DNA of 64,000 nt from a virus, in IMG/VR virus record IMGVR_UViG_3300050821_001689, positions 5,958-69,957 of that record, one strand, 5' to 3'. The position numbers and the translations under genes were made by a program. The notes under the pieces are model-generated. The model saw only the letters and a list, made by a program, of their open reading frames with translations. It was not told where the DNA came from and did no database searches. Numbering within the stretch: the first letter of the stretch is position 1; each line of letters begins with the position of its first letter. Shown one piece after another: positions 32,777-43,700 of the stretch.

Positions 32777-35553
32777 TAAGCTGGCCTTTGTTCGAAGAAG
32801 TTCGGGATAGCATACAAAGCTACGCCCTTGAGAGTGAAGTTAGTATCTATTACTGAGGTCTCGAAACGAACCTTAGCGCGTTCCGTTTCTAAATTCCCCC
32901 ACATTTCAAATTGCTTTCCTGGGTTAGCTGTGAGTTCAATGTCCTTAACTAGGCTCTCAATAACCACATCATCTAATCCACGCAGGGACACGAATAACCT
33001 ACCTGTTCCCTCCGCAAAGAAGCTAGTCCCTAGGAACACATCCTGTCCGTGGTCCCCGGCCTTAACGAAGGCGGTCTCATAAAAGGAATCAATGGGCACT
33101 CCTGCGTCATCAATACCTACCTGCTCATAAAGCTGGTTCCCAACGAAGTATAGAGAACGGGAATTATTAACGTTCTCAAACTTAAAGCTCGCGTTAATTT
33201 GGGTGTTGTATAGGTCCAATCCCCACTTCCTCCCTGCCGGGTCGTCTTCTTGACCAATGCCTTCACTGTAGTCTAGTATCAAGATATTCTTGGGGGCAGT
33301 ATCCGCGTTCATCGGGCCAAAGAAGAAAATGTTCTTCTCTTGCGTGTCAAGTAACACATGTGTCTTCCAGGCGAATTGCCAAGCGAATTTCTCCCAGGTA
33401 GTCTGAACTTCCTGGCTAACCTTCAAAGGTCTACCGCCAGTATATAGATAGCCTCCAGACCTCCAGTGGGTGATAATAAACGTGTCAGAGCTTGTCACGC
33501 CATTAGGACTCCCGGCCCCAATGGTATTGTCCACCGACCTAGTGAACCACAACGACGGAGGATTGGACCCGTCGTCGTAGGTCGTGTGCATGGAACGTTC
33601 CTTGAACACGTAGTAGAAAGAACGTAACTGAGCACAAGCTACGACCTGTTCCCCGTTATCTTTAGCAACCTGAATGAACCCATTCACGCCATCGAAGGTC
33701 TCGGGGTCGAATGGGTTACTAAACCTAACCACCGAGCCTTCATATTTCTGATTCGTTGGCCAGATGCGGATGTGGTCTACGATTATGGACTCTGTAGCTA
33801 GCAAGACCCCCGAAGCATAAATTCTCAATTGCGTATCGGGAGGAATGGAGGCTACACTGTTTAATAGAATTCCCTGAAATTCCGTGAAGTTTCCTGTAAT
33901 GGTGTTACAAGGAACCAACACCTGACCTAGTAAACCGTTCCCACGAGTTGGAGAGAATAGCTCAATTACAAAAAACTTATTGCTTCCGTTGACGAAACTA
34001 GTCCCCGACAACCTCACTGAAACGGTATACGAAGTATTCGGTTGAAGCAGAGGAATTCCAGAATTAATATCTGAGACCACATGATTATTTATAATCTGCC
34101 CTCGAATGTTAAAGTTTCCATCCCCAAAAATTCTCCAAGCCTCTCCACAGTAGACATTAATAAACTCGCGTACTCCCCCTTGAACAAGCGAAGAACTGTT
34201 ATTCCATCCCGCAGGTAATCCATTTCCGTTGTTATTGTCCCAACCGCCATCGAATCCTAGGTTCAATCCCTTAACGGTATTCAATCCTCCCCAGGTAACC
34301 AAACGACCTCCGTAAACTCCCACACCGTAGGAGTCCATAGGACTGAAATTCCTAGCTATATAGTTGAAATTAGACCCCGCGGCTAAAATGATATCCGTAA
34401 AGTCTAAGTCTATGCTAGTAGTAGTATTATCTCCAATTCTATTGGAGGTAATGTAAAAGAAGTCCGCTCCGCCTGAGAGAGTGAAAAGAATTCTTCTAGC
34501 TATCACATACCAGGGACCTACGGGGATGTTACTAAGCGTAACCTTCTTTGAGCCCGTCGCTGTCCAAGAGGTGGTTGGGCTGGGTGCTGTTAGATATCCC
34601 CAACGGGTTTCCCAAATCACTTGAACCTGATGAACTCCGATAGCTACGTTTCCAGCCGCGGCTGAGTCGATAACGTTGGGTGCCACTCCTGGACCATCTG
34701 GGGACAGAGGAGCCAGTGCGGGTACGATAAAAAGAGAGGTGTTCACAAACGGAGATTTAAGAATGTACCCCTGAGAAGTTAGTATGAAATCACTTCCATT
34801 GATGCTTAACTGAGTAGTTAAATTATCGTTTATCTTAAAAGCCGATAAGAACCAGAAAGTATTTGGGTCCGTTGTGGTAGTGATGGCAAGTCTTCTAGCT
34901 ACACAGCCAATTGGTCCGAGCGGAATATTGGTGATTAAGGCTGCGTTGGTGCCGGAGGCTACCCAACTTACATCCGTCGCTTGCGGAGGTCCTAGTAAAC
35001 CATAGGACATCTCGAAAATAACTATAAGATGGTGTGTACCTGCTGTAATATTACCTGCTACTACGTCATTGGCTGCCGTTGGAGATGTTGGAGCCGAAGG
35101 GATGGGGTCTATATTTCCATCCCAATGCCTAATCGGTCCCCCAGGAGCTAAAGGTTCACTCACATTTGGCGGCCCGTTGTAATACGACATAAACTCCCGG
35201 CCAAAGGACTGTTGGACCTTCATTAGAGAGCCTGGATTGGCCTCGGGAGCGTGGCCTCCGTTCCCTAGAAATTGTTGATTGTTATTCCCGTCTACTCGAT
35301 ACATAATCCCCTGTGCATCCAATAACAACGTCGTCTTGACGGAGGAATTATTTATGAACTGTGCTGCGGAAGCGAGAGTAGACGTGGTGAGTTTCTGAGT
35401 TAATCCCGGTCGTGTGAGCACAGCACGGGGGAGGAAGCGGACGTTTTGTAAATTTGGGCTATAGCCACTCGGGACATCCACGGGGCGCAGAAATGTGTAA
35501 AGGCCCCCAAGTTTGGGAAGGATGATGGGTTGTGAACCAGCAAATCCGCTCAT
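32776..35553 (-). CDS. podovirus nozzle / tail tubular protein B-like
   Basis: 925 aa; N-terminal GGL...SPNLQNVRF...RPG; beta-propeller motifs (VRFSNPFDPETF, YVFKERS). Confidence 0.75.
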   Translation of the reverse strand: MSGFAGSQPIILPKLGGLYTFLRPVDVPSGYSPNLQNVRFLPRAVLTRPGLTQKLTTSTLASAAQFINNSSVKTTLLLDAQGIMYRVDGNNNQQFLGNGGHAPEANPGSLMKVQQSFGREFMSYYNGPPNVSEPLAPGGPIRHWDGNIDPIPSAPTSPTAANDVVAGNITAGTHHLIVIFEMSYGLLGPPQATDVSWVASGTNAALITNIPLGPIGCVARRLAITTTTDPNTFWFLSAFKINDNLTTQLSINGSDFILTSQGYILKSPFVNTSLFIVPALAPLSPDGPGVAPNVIDSAAAGNVAIGVHQVQVIWETRWGYLTAPSPTTSWTATGSKKVTLSNIPVGPWYVIARRILFTLSGGADFFYITSNRIGDNTTTSIDLDFTDIILAAGSNFNYIARNFSPMDSYGVGVYGGRLVTWGGLNTVKGLNLGFDGGWDNNNGNGLPAGWNNSSSLVQGGVREFINVYCGEAWRIFGDGNFNIRGQIINNHVVSDINSGIPLLQPNTSYTVSVRLSGTSFVNGSNKFFVIELFSPTRGNGLLGQVLVPCNTITGNFTEFQGILLNSVASIPPDTQLRIYASGVLLATESIIVDHIRIWPTNQKYEGSVVRFSNPFDPETFDGVNGFIQVAKDNGEQVVACAQLRSFYYVFKERSMHTTYDDGSNPPSLWFTRSVDNTIGAGSPNGVTSSDTFIITHWRSGGYLYTGGRPLKVSQEVQTTWEKFAWQFAWKTHVLLDTQEKNIFFFGPMNADTAPKNILILDYSEGIGQEDDPAGRKWGLDLYNTQINASFKFENVNNSRSLYFVGNQLYEQVGIDDAGVPIDSFYETAFVKAGDHGQDVFLGTSFFAEGTGRLFVSLRGLDDVVIESLVKDIELTANPGKQFEMWGNLETERAKVRFETSVIDTNFTLKGVALYAIPNFFEQRPA

Positions 35554-35969
35554 TCTAGATATTCCTTAACTCGTTCAAGCCACTGTGGGTCACGTTCGAT
35601 TTTTGCGATTGCGTGATTACAAGTAATGCACAGAAGTCCACGAATCTCATTGGTTCCGTGGTCGTGGTCAATACATGGCCAACGCTTGAATTCTTCCCGA
35701 CACAGAGCACACCGGTAATCTTGTTTCTGTAGAAACTCTTGGTATTTTTCGAGAGAGAGATTGTATCGACAGCGGATATCGTACTCGAACTGTTTACCCG
35801 GATTTTTCTGGCGGAAAAGACGTGATAGCTCCGCACATCTACCGGGATGGCGGGACCGCCATAGTTGCGTGCGTATTCTATTAGCTTCTCGATTAACATC
35901 GTGGTCCCTGTAGTAGGCCCGAAGTGCTGGACTTCGTTGGTCTTCTGGAATCCTTGATTTAGAGGGCAT
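35550..35969 (-). CDS. endonuclease VII-family HNH homing endonuclease
   Basis: QDYRCALC...IDHDH...IRGLLCITCN; own TGTTATAAT promoter at 35987-35995. Confidence 0.88.
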   Translation of the reverse strand: MPSKSRIPEDQRSPALRAYYRDHDVNREANRIRTQLWRSRHPGRCAELSRLFRQKNPGKQFEYDIRCRYNLSLEKYQEFLQKQDYRCALCREEFKRWPCIDHDHGTNEIRGLLCITCNHAIAKIERDPQWLERVKEYLE

Positions 35970-36033
35970 TGTCTCTCCTGGATTCTATTATAACACAGAA
36001 GAGACAAGCCATAAAATGTTGATTCTAAAGGAC

Positions 36034-36447
36034 TTAGATGTTTTTCTTAAATCTTAACTCAAGGGTATTGAAAACCGCCGCGATAACCGAAGCCGGATAG
36101 GCTCCCGCAGCTAGTTCAGCCTTGGTGGACGGGTCGAACAGCTTAATTTTGAAGTTGAACGCACCCGAGCCCGGTACGAGGACTGGGTTGTACCCCGACT
36201 CGATAGCTACGTTCCACACCAACGGTTGACGAGTGGCGTGAACAGCAGTCTGTCCGTTTAGGAACACCGGCATCGAGGCAGTGTTGGCTGGTAGACCCGG
36301 AGGAAGGATTTCCGGGGCTGCTGCGCCAGCGGCGTTTAACAAAACATCTCCTCCGGTAGCGTAGTTACCGGTAAAGACTAGCTGCCCGAAGACCGAAATA
36401 TACCGGTCCTCTTCAACATACGAAGTTACTCTGAAGGAAATTGGCAT
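36034..36447 (-). CDS. virion structural protein
   Basis: FTGNYATGG...AELAAGAYP pattern; AGGAG SD. Confidence 0.65.
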   Translation of the reverse strand: MPISFRVTSYVEEDRYISVFGQLVFTGNYATGGDVLLNAAGAAAPEILPPGLPANTASMPVFLNGQTAVHATRQPLVWNVAIESGYNPVLVPGSGAFNFKIKLFDPSTKAELAAGAYPASVIAAVFNTLELRFKKNI

Positions 36448-36464
36448 TTTTGTTTCTCCTAAAA

Positions 36465-37184
36465 TTAACCAAAGAAAGTCGAACGGTTGGTGGTATCAAT
36501 TCCGTCTTCATCCCCAAACCTCTGGCCCCTACGACCGATATATTGGTCATTGAGAATCAAGTGGTCGAGAAGTTGGTCCATGAACTCTTGCGCGTCGGCT
36601 TTTTCTGACTGTGCTAGCGGTACCTGCCCGCGGCGTTTGTAGGCTTCATAGGCCGTCCGGTGAGACATCGCCTCAACGGCATTGGTAATGAGAATCTGGT
36701 CAGCCGAGAGGAATAACAGAGGTAATAAAGAGAGGTAACGAAGTCTAATGAGTCCGTTCTGGTTTGCCGCAATAACCCAGATGGAACGTCCACGCCACTC
36801 CCATTCATATAGGCGTTCAGGAATCTGGGTGGCGCGTTCTGGGAGCCGGTCCCGGCGATTAACCGGTTGCCATTCCTCACTAATATTAGCACGAAATTGC
36901 ATGTCGATAGGAAGGTAGAGGTCTTGGGGGAGGATGCCACCAATATCCTGTTCCTGGCCAGGGAGACCGGTGGTCACGTAGATGATGTCAGGATTCGATA
37001 CCTTAATGAACGAAGTATCCACATATCTAGCGATGTTGTTGTATACCCACCGATAGGCGCTGTTGATGTGATTCAATAGGAAAGAGTCCGTCCAAATCTG
37101 TCCTCCGTCATCATTGAGGATAGACCTCGCCCTATTAGCTACGTCTTCGTAGGTAGTAGAGAATCCGATGGAAAGATTGGGCAT
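36465..37184 (-). CDS. head-tail adaptor / tail tubular protein A-like
   Basis: RARSILND...WTDSFLLNHINSAY adaptor-type N-terminus. Confidence 0.7.
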   Translation of the reverse strand: MPNLSIGFSTTYEDVANRARSILNDDGGQIWTDSFLLNHINSAYRWVYNNIARYVDTSFIKVSNPDIIYVTTGLPGQEQDIGGILPQDLYLPIDMQFRANISEEWQPVNRRDRLPERATQIPERLYEWEWRGRSIWVIAANQNGLIRLRYLSLLPLLFLSADQILITNAVEAMSHRTAYEAYKRRGQVPLAQSEKADAQEFMDQLLDHLILNDQYIGRRGQRFGDEDGIDTTNRSTFFG

Positions 37185-37387
37185 TATCGGTTACCACTAA
37201 TTTCAAGTTTCTGGGTCATCGGAGGTGCGTAGTCGTCGGGATAAATAATCGACCCGTTTATATGCCGGTGAGGAGGGAAGTCCTTCAACACCGAAGTAAA
37301 ACGATTGAGGGCTTTGATGCCCTTCCAAGCAGCACCTCCCATAATTAGTAACTCAGCTAAGTGGATTCCTAAGTCAATATTCGGCAT
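37184..37387 (-). CDS. small membrane protein
   Basis: N-terminal hydrophobic helix. Confidence 0.6.
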   Translation of the reverse strand: MPNIDLGIHLAELLIMGGAAWKGIKALNRFTSVLKDFPPHRHINGSIIYPDDYAPPMTQKLEISGNR

Positions 37388-37420
37388 GGGAGGAACTCTC
37401 CAGAGAGTATTGTAACACTG

Positions 37421-37783
37421 TTAGTTTACTGTGATAGCAGTAGTAAGAGCACCAGTCTTACCGTTTAGGCTGATAACTCCCGATGTCCCAGCAGGTCCTT
37501 GGGGACCAATTGGGCCAGTGGGGCCGACCGGTCCAGCAGGGCCTGGGGCTCCCGGAGTTCCCGCGGCTCCAAGTTGTACATAGGCCGCTCCGTTTATGGA
37601 TATCCACAATCCGTCAGCAGCAAAACAATAGTTCGTTGCTGCGGTTTGAACGACGCAGAGGGAATGGCTACCTACAACTCCCATCTGTAAAGGGTTAGCG
37701 ACGGATGTTTGTGCTTTTGCGAACCAAGCTATGGTCAATAGTAAGAATAGGGTCGTTACGAATGCTAGAATTGCTTTTTTCAT
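37421..37783 (-). CDS. collagen-repeat protein with signal peptide
   Basis: Signal peptide; about 9 Gly-X-Y triplets; VISLNGKTGA fibre motif. Confidence 0.8.
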   Translation of the reverse strand: MKKAILAFVTTLFLLLTIAWFAKAQTSVANPLQMGVVGSHSLCVVQTAATNYCFAADGLWISINGAAYVQLGAAGTPGAPGPAGPVGPTGPIGPQGPAGTSGVISLNGKTGALTTAITVN

Positions 37784-37801
37784 GGTTTCACCTTTTAGGT
37801 A

Positions 37802-39976
37802 TTACGGAAATGGCGTGCCAGCCGGACAGTTGGTTAGTCCATCGGGAGATACTCCCCCAGTAGGACAAATCGGCTGACCAGATACGATAAGTTCGTCAAT
37901 CCAGGATTTAGCCGCGAGATTGGTTCCGGTGTGCCCGGTAGCAAAGGAAGTCATCTCGATATAGTTGTATCCGGCAGGTGTGAAGTTATCGAGGGTGATA
38001 GTGATGTTATGTACATCAAGCCACTTCTTAAGTTGTAGGCCGTATGGAGCTATCCATGCCTCGACGGTTGAGTTCGCGCTTCCCGGTGTACCTATAGTAA
38101 CCTTCCAATACATTGTATACCAAGTATTGGCGTTCCAAGAGAAGCACCCCAGTCCGTGCGTTCCATTCGTGAACACGCCGTTTAGGTAAAGACACTCATA
38201 GCCTGTGAAAGGCGCTGGAGCCAGATAGCCTTGCTGAAACTGTTCCGGGTTAGCCCCGCATCCGTTATTGCCATTCCACGTCTGCCCATCACAGGTTCGC
38301 AGGCCAAATCCCCCGCAGTTTGTATACATGTCGGGATTGTCGTTGGTCTTGAGGTCGCCAATTACTAGCGAGCCATTGCCACACGCGCCATTACGGGTAT
38401 TCTCAAGAATAGCTAACTTCGGATAGCTAGTGGCGAAGTCGCTCATCCACTGCTTGCTTGTGTAATTGGAATCCCCACGCCACTGGAACTGGAAATAGAA
38501 GGTTGAGTTGGCTCCGAAAGTTTGATTAGCTCCACCCTCTCCGAACATTCCCCACCAATCTTTACAGCAGTTATCTGCGGAGAGGTTAGCTGGCCACTGC
38601 CACTCGGCTGCTGAAGCGCCTGAAACAAAGTTGGTCGTATCGCGTGTTGGAGTATTAGGAGAATTCCCTAGGAAACCCGACGTAAACGTGGAGGCATTCG
38701 CCGTCGTGGTGAACGTCGCTGGCGCATCGAAGCCTTGACATTGTAGGACTCCAGCCGCAGCGCAACGGAAGTTGAAGCTAATGTTGGCCTTGCTGTCTAG
38801 TTGTAGTGTCCATACACTTCCGTTTTCGTCGTTCACTAGTCCGAACTTTCCAAGAGCAGGAAAATACTGAAACCGACCGAACGTACCGTGCGCTTGTGCT
38901 GCGCCTGGGCCGCCTGAGAAGGTAGAGGTAGTGCAGGAATTAGCTATCGGGTCGTAGATACCGACACTGTTCCCGCCGTTCCAGATGACAATTTTATTCT
39001 GTGTGGGGTACCATGCCACCCCTGGTCCTCCGTAAGCACTCGGGCCGGTAAAGGCGCTGCATCCTGTAGCGTTGAAGAGGTTGGTCGGCGCTGGAACCGA
39101 AGCTGGATTGGAGATGTCGAATTTCCACAGGTTACCGTTCGATGCGCGGTCGCCTCCACCAATCACGAAGGCCAACTTATCAACTGGGTCAATAACTATA
39201 CTAGAGAAGCCCGACGCATTTACGTCATCGCGTTGCTGGTAAGCTCCGCCTACGTTCGTCATCACATGAGTAGTAGTGTTATAGGTGAATATATTATGGT
39301 CGTCCGCGAAGAAAACTAGTTGACTGTTGGGGTCGTAGGCCGCTCCGACGTAAATGCTATTGCAATCCCAATTGCCTGAGCCGCGAGCAGTCCATGTTAG
39401 TGTTGATGGTGCCCACTCCCAAATGTCCTCTCGACAGAAACTCCCTCCGGGAGGTTCAGAACCGCTGAAGTTGACCATTAAATCGGCGGAGGGGGAGTAG
39501 GCTAGGTAGTCGTAAGTGTGCCGCGAGCAAGGCTTCCCGTCTTGATAAGCCCCGTTGGTACAGGTCGTGACGGGGTTTCTAGTAGGTTCATTTAGACGTG
39601 TGAAGTTAATTGGGCTCGCAGCTAGGTTTAGGGAATAGACTTCGTTACCGTAGTAGTCCGCATGTCCTCCACCCCAAACTCCTATTGAGTTCCGCGTAGT
39701 GTCAGCCCAACCACCACCCCAGTTATTTACGATAGCAGTAGCTCCTTGGCCCGCTTGGATATCCGGGTAAGTCGCGGCTGGGGGAGTTACGTTGAACATA
39801 TTCACGTTGGGAATCTGACACCACCCAATTACATCTTGACTTACACAGGTTAATTGTGCTCCGTTCATGGATGTCCTACCTGAGATGGTTACACCGCCAG
39901 ATACGGAGACACTCTGGACTTGAGCTTGAAGTAGACACGGGTAGAGTAGGATTAGTAGAATTAGTCTTTGAAGCAT
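37802..39976 (-). CDS. beta-propeller plus lectin/lyase-like protein with signal peptide
   Basis: WGGGHADYYGNEVY, SRHTYD Kelch-like motifs; C-terminal WIDELIVS beta-sandwich. Confidence 0.7.
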   Translation of the reverse strand: MLQRLILLILLYPCLLQAQVQSVSVSGGVTISGRTSMNGAQLTCVSQDVIGWCQIPNVNMFNVTPPAATYPDIQAGQGATAIVNNWGGGWADTTRNSIGVWGGGHADYYGNEVYSLNLAASPINFTRLNEPTRNPVTTCTNGAYQDGKPCSRHTYDYLAYSPSADLMVNFSGSEPPGGSFCREDIWEWAPSTLTWTARGSGNWDCNSIYVGAAYDPNSQLVFFADDHNIFTYNTTTHVMTNVGGAYQQRDDVNASGFSSIVIDPVDKLAFVIGGGDRASNGNLWKFDISNPASVPAPTNLFNATGCSAFTGPSAYGGPGVAWYPTQNKIVIWNGGNSVGIYDPIANSCTTSTFSGGPGAAQAHGTFGRFQYFPALGKFGLVNDENGSVWTLQLDSKANISFNFRCAAAGVLQCQGFDAPATFTTTANASTFTSGFLGNSPNTPTRDTTNFVSGASAAEWQWPANLSADNCCKDWWGMFGEGGANQTFGANSTFYFQFQWRGDSNYTSKQWMSDFATSYPKLAILENTRNGACGNGSLVIGDLKTNDNPDMYTNCGGFGLRTCDGQTWNGNNGCGANPEQFQQGYLAPAPFTGYECLYLNGVFTNGTHGLGCFSWNANTWYTMYWKVTIGTPGSANSTVEAWIAPYGLQLKKWLDVHNITITLDNFTPAGYNYIEMTSFATGHTGTNLAAKSWIDELIVSGQPICPTGGVSPDGLTNCPAGTPFP

Positions 39977-40701
39977 TAGAGCACCACCGGGGGCTTTAGT
40001 GGGGTTGTTGAGGCACCGGCTGCCTTGTAAGTGGCAATGAGCGCGATGTGGTCGGTACCGCTGTCAACATTAGTGAAGTCAGCCTGATAGGCTCCGGTGG
40101 CGCTGACCACTACGTCTTCCGTCGCTAAACGCACGGTCGATGAAGTTGGAACCGTGTCTTCAAGTACATAGGACTGAGTGGTCCCGGCGTGAGTTGTTTC
40201 GTTGGTGGCGTTGGTGGCTAGTGCTCCAAATAGAAGTTCACTAGCCTGTGCCGTAGTTGCTGTGTTTCCACTATTTACGGAACTGGAGGTCGCGGCGGTG
40301 TAAAGACTGCTCGTTTTATCAAGAGAACCGGAGGTCGCAATTCCACTGTACTCATATATCGCCCAACGAATGGTAGCGGCCCCTCCGGTTAGAGTACAGG
40401 TAAGAGTGGTGACCGACGATGCATTGTCCACACTGAAGATGTAGGCAGTTCCAAGGCCAGTGTGAGCTAACGAAACATCGTTGTTATAGGTATTAGTTCC
40501 ATCGGTTATCGCAGCCGTGGAAGTTCCCCCTATTCTCAGGGCAACGATAATCTTATTCCCACCCGTAGTCGCACTCGTAAAGGACAGCGTAGTCGAGGTC
40601 GTGGAAGCTACGTCTGCCCCCTTATGTTGAACTAGGGTGATTGTGGCAAAAGTAGGACTAGCACACAGAAGCAAGGCTAGAATTAGTAATATTCTCTTCA
40701 T
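39976..40701 (-). CDS. Ser/Thr-rich beta-sandwich fibre/adhesin protein with signal peptide
   Basis: Likely start MKRILL at 40701 (TAATG coupling); ITLVQH...YEYSG domain. Confidence 0.75.
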   Translation of the reverse strand: MKRILLILALLLCASPTFATITLVQHKGADVASTTSTTLSFTSATTGGNKIIVALRIGGTSTAAITDGTNTYNNDVSLAHTGLGTAYIFSVDNASSVTTLTCTLTGGAATIRWAIYEYSGIATSGSLDKTSSLYTAATSSSVNSGNTATTAQASELLFGALATNATNETTHAGTTQSYVLEDTVPTSSTVRLATEDVVVSATGAYQADFTNVDSGTDHIALIATYKAAGASTTPLKPPVVL

Positions 40702-43700
40702 TAGTTTGCCTGTACCGTTAGAAGACGGGGAATAGTGATACCCAGCCCGTAGATTTCCACGTTCGTAGCAGTGTCGGTTGTACGAGATAGTTGTAGACGA
40801 AGGACGCCACCAGCGACACATCCGGTCATGGTAATACCCGTTAAGGTAGCGTCCCACTGGCGGTTGGCATTCCCGTTGAGAGTAATGGTCCCAAGCGACT
40901 GTGCCGTGTTGAAGGCCACGTCGTCAGTTGTGGAACCGTCTCCCTTCGAGCAGGCTGTAGCAATTTGCATAATCACCGTATGCCCGTTGGTCGCGTCGGT
41001 CGAGGCTAGACGGAGACGGACGTTCGGGTTGGTCGCAGTGTCCCAGTCGGCAGGGAGACCAATGGACATCTGACCAGTATCAGACGCGCCCCAAGTGAGG
41101 AAGCCTTCTTTATTATTCGTACCTGCCCGGCAAGTAGCCGCAGGAGTGGACCCAGTGGACCAACCCGATGCCGCGACGGCATTCACACAATCAGCGGCTG
41201 GGAAGTAATGGTAATCCGGGAAATCAATGAATGCCGGAGTCGAGCCAGAACCTTTAGTCTGGAGAATTTGTCCAGACGTGCCCACGGCCACCGAAGCGGT
41301 TCCTTGTCCGCCACCAGAGCCGACCACGACCGCGTTGTTAGTCAACGAGGAACCAGAGGTAACGCAAGTGGCACAAGTTAGAGTTAGGTTACCCGAGAAC
41401 GTTCCTCCACCACCGAGAGGACTAGTGGTCGAGATAGATTGTGTCGAAGACGTGGCAGTAATACCTCCGGTTCCAATCGCGGTAACCGAACCGGTGGAAT
41501 CCATTTGAATACCATTAGCCGTTCCCTGTGCAGTGAACTTAAATGGCTTCATGGTAGAGGTGGTTCCGGTGTGAAGGTTAAATAGGGAACCAGTAGAGGT
41601 GGAATTTCCGTCCGTGATTTCCCAGGCGTTCCTAGTTCCTGTCATTACTCCATGTGTAAATAGAGAGTTAAAGGTGGTCATAGATAGAGAAAGGTCGGCT
41701 GACGGAGCCGTAAGAGCCGACCATGCTGTAGCTGCTGAACCAGAACAGGAACCCCATGTAGGTGTGCCTCCGCTAGCCGAGGTAAGACATAGTGTTCCCG
41801 CACCACCAGTAGCTGTGGATACGAGCTTAGTCCCATCCGAATAAACTGCCCCGTTAGTATTGGCTAGGCCGGAAGAAGCGTTCGTCCCTCCATTGGCTAG
41901 GGGAAGTGTTCCAGTAACATCAGCGGTGAGCGACACGGCTGACCAGGAAGGCGTGGAGCCGGAGTGTAGAAGCTGCGTAGCCGTGCCAGCCGCAAGGCGT
42001 GTTCCAGACCCAGATGTACCTCCATAGAGAATGTCGCCCGCGGTCGTGAGCGGAGATAGGTTATTGAATGCGGCCAGTGGGGCTGTCGCGTTGGTACCGC
42101 CATTGCCAATAGGAAGTGTTCCAGTAATACCTCCATTACCTCCGAGGTTAAGGTTAATGGGAGGTACATCCGCACTCACTAGAGAACGTACAGTCATATT
42201 ACCCGAGCTACCGTTAGGCGAGGCCCATACTTGATTAGCAGATTGCGTGCCGAACATAGGACCAGTAACCGGATTACATGTTGGGGCAGTATTATCGTTT
42301 GTGGCCGTGACCACCGTATTCACACAGGCACCGATACCCGAAGCTGGAGCAAAAGCGCCAGTGAGTACATTGGAGGCATTTGTCCAGCGAATAAATCCAG
42401 TTGAAGCGGTACTCGGGAAGATGAACTCTTCACCAGAAGCCGACACGGCAGTTGGTGCAGTTAATGTGATTGCATTCGGTACCAAGGAAGGCGTAGTCCC
42501 CTGCCCTAGATTTATATTCCCTGCGACAGTAGTATTCGAGATAGTTATGGAGTTACTTACGGTGAGATTTCCATTCACGTCGAGTTTAGCAATATCAGCG
42601 CCCGCTGCGGCATTCTGAAAGTGTAGGAAGTTCCCAGTAGAAGTCGAGTCGGTCGCTCGCTTTGCATAGATAACATCCGTACCGTTAGCTCCTTGAATTA
42701 TCGAATGGCCGGAACCCGAGGAGTAAAGCCAATTCACCGAACCGCCTATTCCCGAAGAAGCTGTCCAGAAGGTTCCCTGACCAGCCACCGCGCTTCCGCT
42801 AACGGCACCAGCCGCGCAGGAGTTCCATGTAGGAGTAGCTCCATTCGATACGAGACATAACCCGTTACCTCCGATACTCAAATTGCCATAGGTATTCGTT
42901 CCCGTACCCACAATTAATCCACCAGCGCCAGTAGCAGGTGCTAGAGCATTGAAGGCGGTAGAAGCGGTGGTCTGTCCCGTTCCGCCGTTGGCAATAGCTG
43001 TCGTTCCGGTTGTATCGTTAGCGAGATTAACCGCGGCATAGGTTGGGGCTCCTGCGGCATTACCATGAAGAACTGTGGTCGTGGTACCAGCAGGTCCAAT
43101 TTGTGTAGCCTGTCCACCGGCCCCGAGGACAATTTGATTATTCGTAAGAGCGGCGGCGTTCGTAGTACAGGTTGGACAAGTTAAATTACCTGTCGTTGCC
43201 GACTCTACCAGTGGTGCCGAGGCTCCGTCAGCGAAGGTACCGGTAGTATTAGGAAGAGTAAGTGTCGGTGTTCCGGCAGTGGCTTGGGGCGTGATGGTTA
43301 CCGTTCCAGAGGTCGCTCCGGTCAAGGCAAGCTGACCGGTAGTAGAGGTAGCTACTCCGATGGTTAATACGGGAGATACCCAAGTTAAGTTAGACGAGCC
43401 ACCGAAAGTGCCGGAGTTATTGAATTGAACCTGTGTGTTGGCTCCTCCAGGAGTACCAGTTCCTCCCGAACAAGGGGAGAAGGATAGTTGTAGTGAGCCG
43501 TTGGACGATAGACACTGTGTTCCCGTAGAATCGGTAGTCGGCAATGCCCAAACTAAATTAGATGTCGAGGACCCACCCTTAAATCCTGCCCAATGTGCTA
43601 GGTCGGTGGAGAAGAATCTCAACTCTTTCCCGTTGGAGATAGACTGATGGTCAGTAAAGGTCTCTGGGACGTTAATTCCTGCAAATACGCTCGAAGAGTT

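Noticed and set aside
40702-40857. N-terminal extension of track ORF 39976-40857 as a frameshift product
   Set aside because: No slippery site seen; TAATG coupling and a signal peptide support the start at 40701
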